In this document: positions 15,917 to 20,000 of the stretch, piece after piece | How positions within the stretch are numbered: position 1 is the stretch's first letter | How the letters are laid out: each line of letters opens with the position of its first letter | DNA from: an uncultured virus (IMG/VR IMGVR_UViG_3300033821_000010) | Lineage: Duplodnaviria; Heunggongvirae; Uroviricota; Caudoviricetes | Strand: one strand, 5' to 3' | DNA length: 20,000 nucleotides | Virus record (IMG/VR): IMGVR_UViG_3300033821_000010 | Program-made: the position numbers and the translations under genes | The notes under the pieces: model-generated | Database searches by the model: none | Told to the model about the DNA's origin: nothing | The model's input: the letters and a program-made list of their open reading frames with translations, nothing else

Positions 15917-16225
15917 TTATGGTAAAGCTTTAACATCCAATACAGGAAAGGTATTCAATTCAAAATCTTCATCTTCCACTTTTATTCGATTCACTGTCCA
16001 GCCCATTATTATCATTCTGTCGAAAAAATCAGGGTCTTCTAAGGCATTCCCCACATCGAAAACTATCAAATACGCTGCCATTTCTGGTAGTTTCTTCACC
16101 GTAGCATTATACTCATCCATCGCAATGATTTTGTAAGATGAATCACGCAAAAATTTAGTTGTCATTGCTTTTTGTCGGGGAGTTAAATTGCCGATTATAC
16201 AAGCATCAAAAGCATATTTACCCAT
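15917..16225 (-). CDS. hypothetical protein
   Basis: 102-aa ORF with SD AGGAG; first gene after the terminator. Confidence 0.75.
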   Translation of the reverse strand: MGKYAFDACIIGNLTPRQKAMTTKFLRDSSYKIIAMDEYNATVKKLPEMAAYLIVFDVGNALEDPDFFDRMIIMGWTVNRIKVEDEDFELNTFPVLDVKALP

Positions 16226-16281
16226 GACGTTTCTCCTGTATCATTATATGCGTTTCATCGTCATTTATAGAGTACAACAAC

Positions 16282-16316
16282 AAAAAACCCCACTCGTTTT
16301 TCTGAGTGGGGTTTTT
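16282..16316 (-). terminator. Rho-independent terminator (potentially bidirectional)
   Basis: AAAAA-CCCCACTC-(8-nt loop)-GAGTGGGG-TTTTTT, 17 nt after the stop of the large fibre gene. Confidence 0.9.
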
Positions 16317-16333
16317 CGCGTTACGACTCACGA

Positions 16334-19300
16334 TTACGACAATTCGTAAGCTACTGCAATTGTTGAACCTAGCAAGCCTTTAACCGTCAATGTATCGCTG
16401 CCGCTACCTACTTCACCAGCCAGCATGATAACGAACGGCATTGTCGCCATTTGTCCAACGTTTACATATTGACCAGAGCGCCAACGAGTAGCTTTTGTAA
16501 CGCTTTCTGCTACTGTTGTACCCGGAATATCCACTGAGCCTGTCAATGTTGCTGTACCACCACTGACCACTGCCCACTTAGTATTTCCAGCATTGGCATC
16601 CATCTGGCCGCTCCAACCAAGGTCAATTTCGCAATCCTTGACTGTCTTGGTTATACCAAGACCCGGTACATTCACCACCAAACTGGCCAGAATTGCATAA
16701 CTGGTAGCTTGAGTAGTCCAGCCAGCGTTTTCAACATTGTCATTGCCGCCGTCTGCAAGAGCCGTAGAAGCATTGGTAAAGACGTATGCAGTGAATTCAC
16801 CCTTACCTACTGTATCTTGCAGTCTGCTATCTACTGCGGCAATTGCAACGCCAAGAGAAACTACTTCACTATCAACTGTACTTACTGCACCAGACTGCAC
16901 AACAATCTTACTATCAATTGCCGTTGCTTGAGTACCTACTGAGCTTGTCAACGTGCCTACTGAGCTTGTCAACGTGCCTACTGAACTTACTTGTGTACCT
17001 ACTGATGCAGTCTGTGTGCCTACAGAACCTGTTTGTGTACCTACTGAACCAACTTGCGCACCTACTGAAGCAACCAGACTGTCGGTAACACTTAGACCAC
17101 CACCCGCCATTGAATCAATTTTTGAGCCAATAAGTGAAAATGCTGTGCTGTCTGCTGTGCCCAAAGATACAACTCTTGCGCCAACAGAAACCACTTCACT
17201 ATCAACTGTACTGATAGCGCCTGACTGAACCTGTATTCTGCTGTCAACTGCTGCTACATTAACGATGATTGTTGAAGCCTGTGTACCTACTGATGCAGTC
17301 TTGAGTCCAACTGAAACTACTTCGCTGTCTACGGTTGATACTGCACCGCTTACCGTTGCAACTGCTGTGCTTATTGTGCCTGCTTGTACGCCTACCGAAC
17401 CTATTTGAGATACTGCTGTGCTTGCTACGACGCCAACACTGTCAACCTTGCTTACAAGCGTGCTGGCAACTGTGCTGACTGCTGCAACCTGCGTACCTAC
17501 TAATTGGACATCTGCATCTGTTGTGCTTGCAATCGTTCCTACAGAAGCAACTGCTGTTTGTGTAACTGTCGCTGTGCTTCCTACTGCCACACCTACAGAA
17601 ACTACTTTACTATCAACTGCGGCTACTCCGGTGCTTACCGTTGCAACTGCTGTGCTTACTGTATCAACGCTTGTTTGCAAAACAACGGCTCTGCTATCAA
17701 TGGTTGAAGCCTGTAAACCTACCGAACTTACTTTAATACCTACTGAATCAATCTTACTTTGTGAAATTACTTCTTGCGAAGTTTGAACAACCATTCTACT
17801 ATCAATTGTTGATACAATTGTGTTTACGCCAGTTACTTGCGTACCTACCGAACCTGTTTGTGTTCCTACTGAATTTACTGCAACACCAACTGATGCAACT
17901 TTGCTATCACAAGAGGAGAAGTGACTTGAAGCTGCAATTGCTGCTGAATCAACTTTACTATCAACAACCGATACTCTTGAATCAACAGTTGATACTTGAG
18001 TTCCTACTGATGTTCCAACTGAAGCAACTTGAGAACCAACCAAACTAACATTGGTTGTCAAGGTGCTAATTGCGCTTGATTGAACAATAATCTTGCTATC
18101 AATTGCTGTTGCTTGCGTGCCTACTGAAGTGACTCGAGAACCAACTGAATCAATTTGTGCTCCAAGTGATACGACATCGCTTGCCAAAGTAGGGTCCAAG
18201 TCGTAGACGGATAAATAACGGCCATTACTTGTTGAACCGCTTGTGTCCGCTGAATCTACTGAAATCAGGTACTGACCTGTTGCTGCTGCAAGACCAATTG
18301 CCCAAGAATATGAATACTTGCCTGTTGAATCCTTGGTCATACCTGCTGCATTAACGATTGTCGAACCTGATGGATTTTTAATTGTGATTTCTGGCGGTGC
18401 AAATGGAGCAATTGAATCAGTCAAAACACCTAGACTGTTATAGTTCCAAAACTGTACGGTTAATGTTGCAGCCGTACCATTGACAACCCATGTTGGTGTC
18501 AAAATACGACCAGTTACGTTATTGGTTAAAGCATCAACGCTTGCCTGAATTGCGCTGGCTTGTGTACCAACCGAAGTAACCTGTGAACCTACTGAACCAG
18601 TTTGTGAACCAACTGAGTTTACTCCACTATTAACTGTGCTAATCGCACCAGACTGAATAACAAGTCTGCTATCAATTGTAGAAGTTTGAGTAGCTACATT
18701 ACTTACCTTTACTCCTACTGATGCTACTTCAGAGGATAGGTTTGATGCTACATTACTTACAACCGTACCTACTGAATCAACCGCTACTTGAGTAGTTGAT
18801 GCTGTAGTAGCTACTTTAGTACCAACTGAATCAACAGCAGTGCTTACTGTTGCAACCGCTGTACTTACTGTATTAACTACTGTACCAACAGAATCAACCT
18901 TTGCATTGGTTGTGCTTGCAACAATGCCCAATGATGCAGCCTTGCTATCTACTGCTGATACTTGCACGCCAACTGAATTAGTTTTAGTACCAACTGATAT
19001 TACTTCGCTATCAATTGTTGAAACGTTTTGTGTAAGAACAACAATCTTGCTATCAACAGCGGTTACTTGTGCTCCCACCGAAGCAACAGCGGAATTAGTT
19101 CCAGAAACTACTGCTCCACCAACTGATTCAACTGCACTTTTAACTGTTGAAAATCCTGTGCTATCAGCAATGCCTAAAGAATCTACAGAAGATTGAACTG
19201 CGTTTGTTTGCGTTCCTACCGAATCAACTTTTGAAGCTGCTGTACTTGCGACAACACCTACTGAATCAACCTTAGCACCTACTGAATCAACTTTAGAACT

Positions 19301-20000
19301 TGTGGTGCTTGCCTGTGTACCTACCGAAGCAACCTGTGTGCCTACGGAAGTAACCTGTGAAGCTACTGTGCTTACTTGCACCGCCACAGATTCAACTTGC
19401 GAACCTGTCGTGCTTACTTGAACACCAACACTATCAACTTTACTTGATGTTGTGCTTACAGCAGTGCTTACTGCGGCAACTTGCGTGCCTACTGATGCAG
19501 TCTTAAGTCCAACTGAAACTACTTCACTGTCTATTGTGCTGATTGCGCCTGACTGAACGACAATCTTAGAATCAGCAGCTAAAACATGAGAATCAATGGT
19601 TGATACCACGCCACTGACTGCTGAAACCTGTGTCCCTACTGATTCAATATCAGAAACTGCTGTGCTTGTAACAACACCAACCGAATCTGTCTTGATTATA
19701 ATTGCCGAAGCCAAGGTTCCAACAGATGCAGTTTGTGTACCTACTGAGCTTACTTGTGTACCTACCGAACTTGTTTGTGTGCCCACTGAACTTGTTTGTG
19801 TGCCCACTGAATTGATATTAAGGATAGCAGAAACAATCTTGCTATCCACTGTGCTAACAGCCGAAGATTGAACTACAATCTTACTGTCAATAGCACTAGC
19901 CTGCCCACCAACCGAATCTATCTTCGAATTGGTGGTAGATAAACCTCCGATGACTACTGTTGATATAGCTAAAACGTGGCTATCAACAACAGATACTTGC
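16334..20000 (-). CDS. giant Ser/Thr/Val-rich heptad-repeat fibre protein (5'-truncated by the window)
   Basis: The frame is open to the window edge (QVSVVDSHVLAIST... upstream of 19849), giving >1220 aa; SVGTQ[T/V][S/A] heptads; Ig-like insert ~18200-18510; globular C-terminal domain ~16334-16810. Confidence 0.9.
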   Translation of the reverse strand, partial: QVSVVDSHVLAISTVVIGGLSTTNSKIDSVGGQASAIDSKIVVQSSAVSTVDSKIVSAILNINSVGTQTSSVGTQTSSVGTQVSSVGTQTASVGTLASAIIIKTDSVGVVTSTAVSDIESVGTQVSAVSGVVSTIDSHVLAADSKIVVQSGAISTIDSEVVSVGLKTASVGTQVAAVSTAVSTTSSKVDSVGVQVSTTGSQVESVAVQVSTVASQVTSVGTQVASVGTQASTTSSKVDSVGAKVDSVGVVASTAASKVDSVGTQTNAVQSSVDSLGIADSTGFSTVKSAVESVGGAVVSGTNSAVASVGAQVTAVDSKIVVLTQNVSTIDSEVISVGTKTNSVGVQVSAVDSKAASLGIVASTTNAKVDSVGTVVNTVSTAVATVSTAVDSVGTKVATTASTTQVAVDSVGTVVSNVASNLSSEVASVGVKVSNVATQTSTIDSRLVIQSGAISTVNSGVNSVGSQTGSVGSQVTSVGTQASAIQASVDALTNNVTGRILTPTWVVNGTAATLTVQFWNYNSLGVLTDSIAPFAPPEITIKNPSGSTIVNAAGMTKDSTGKYSYSWAIGLAAATGQYLISVDSADTSGSTSNGRYLSVYDLDPTLASDVVSLGAQIDSVGSRVTSVGTQATAIDSKIIVQSSAISTLTTNVSLVGSQVASVGTSVGTQVSTVDSRVSVVDSKVDSAAIAASSHFSSCDSKVASVGVAVNSVGTQTGSVGTQVTGVNTIVSTIDSRMVVQTSQEVISQSKIDSVGIKVSSVGLQASTIDSRAVVLQTSVDTVSTAVATVSTGVAAVDSKVVSVGVAVGSTATVTQTAVASVGTIASTTDADVQLVGTQVAAVSTVASTLVSKVDSVGVVASTAVSQIGSVGVQAGTISTAVATVSGAVSTVDSEVVSVGLKTASVGTQASTIIVNVAAVDSRIQVQSGAISTVDSEVVSVGARVVSLGTADSTAFSLIGSKIDSMAGGGLSVTDSLVASVGAQVGSVGTQTGSVGTQTASVGTQVSSVGTLTSSVGTLTSSVGTQATAIDSKIVVQSGAVSTVDSEVVSLGVAIAAVDSRLQDTVGKGEFTAYVFTNASTALADGGNDNVENAGWTTQATSYAILASLVVNVPGLGITKTVKDCEIDLGWSGQMDANAGNTKWAVVSGGTATLTGSVDIPGTTVAESVTKATRWRSGQYVNVGQMATMPFVIMLAGEVGSGSDTLTVKGLLGSTIAVAYELS
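16810..20000 (-). repeat. degenerate 21-bp coding repeats (heptads)
   Basis: For example (cctactgagcttgtcaacgtg)x2 at ~16935-16976 and (actgaacttgtttgtgtgccc)-like units at ~19730-19812. Confidence 0.8.

Noticed and set aside
16709..19871. Plus-strand ORFs with CVPTE repeats
   Set aside because: They are the antisense mirror of the SVGTQ repeats
16810..20000. 21-bp tandem repeats as a CRISPR array or non-coding repeat
   Set aside because: The units are in-frame heptad codons varying at synonymous positions, with no repeat-spacer alternation and no cas genes
1..20000. Stop-codon reassignment (alternative genetic code)
   Set aside because: TAA, TAG and TGA all end genes at sensible boundaries, long ORFs are intact in code 11, and the two broken genes are explained by frameshifts rather than read-through

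Overview
This is an AT-rich, gene-dense window with every credible gene on the minus strand. It has bacterial Shine-Dalgarno sites, sigma-type promoters and the standard genetic code, and is most consistent with a large (jumbo-type) bacteriophage genome. The right two-thirds (~6.7-20 kb) is a fibre/surface-decoration module. It holds a >1200-aa Ser/Thr/Val heptad-repeat fibre running off the window, a terminator, a small ORF, a GT-B glycosyltransferase, a DxD GT-A-like protein, a SAM methyltransferase, two collagen-like fibres, a short protein sharing an N-terminal module with one collagen, and a DUF2460-like structural protein. The left third is an accessory region of small genes: an FVSNSS-motif protein, three dispersed paralogues of a small Cys-rich family, a frameshifted class II aldolase-fold gene, tRNA-Arg(UCU), a DUF2934 protein and a 2H phosphoesterase. 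A recurrent sigma28-like promoter motif (TAAW-N15/16-GACGATA) sits upstream of several of these genes. Two genes carry single-base frameshifts, which may be assembly errors. All family calls come from motif recognition by eye, with no database searches.
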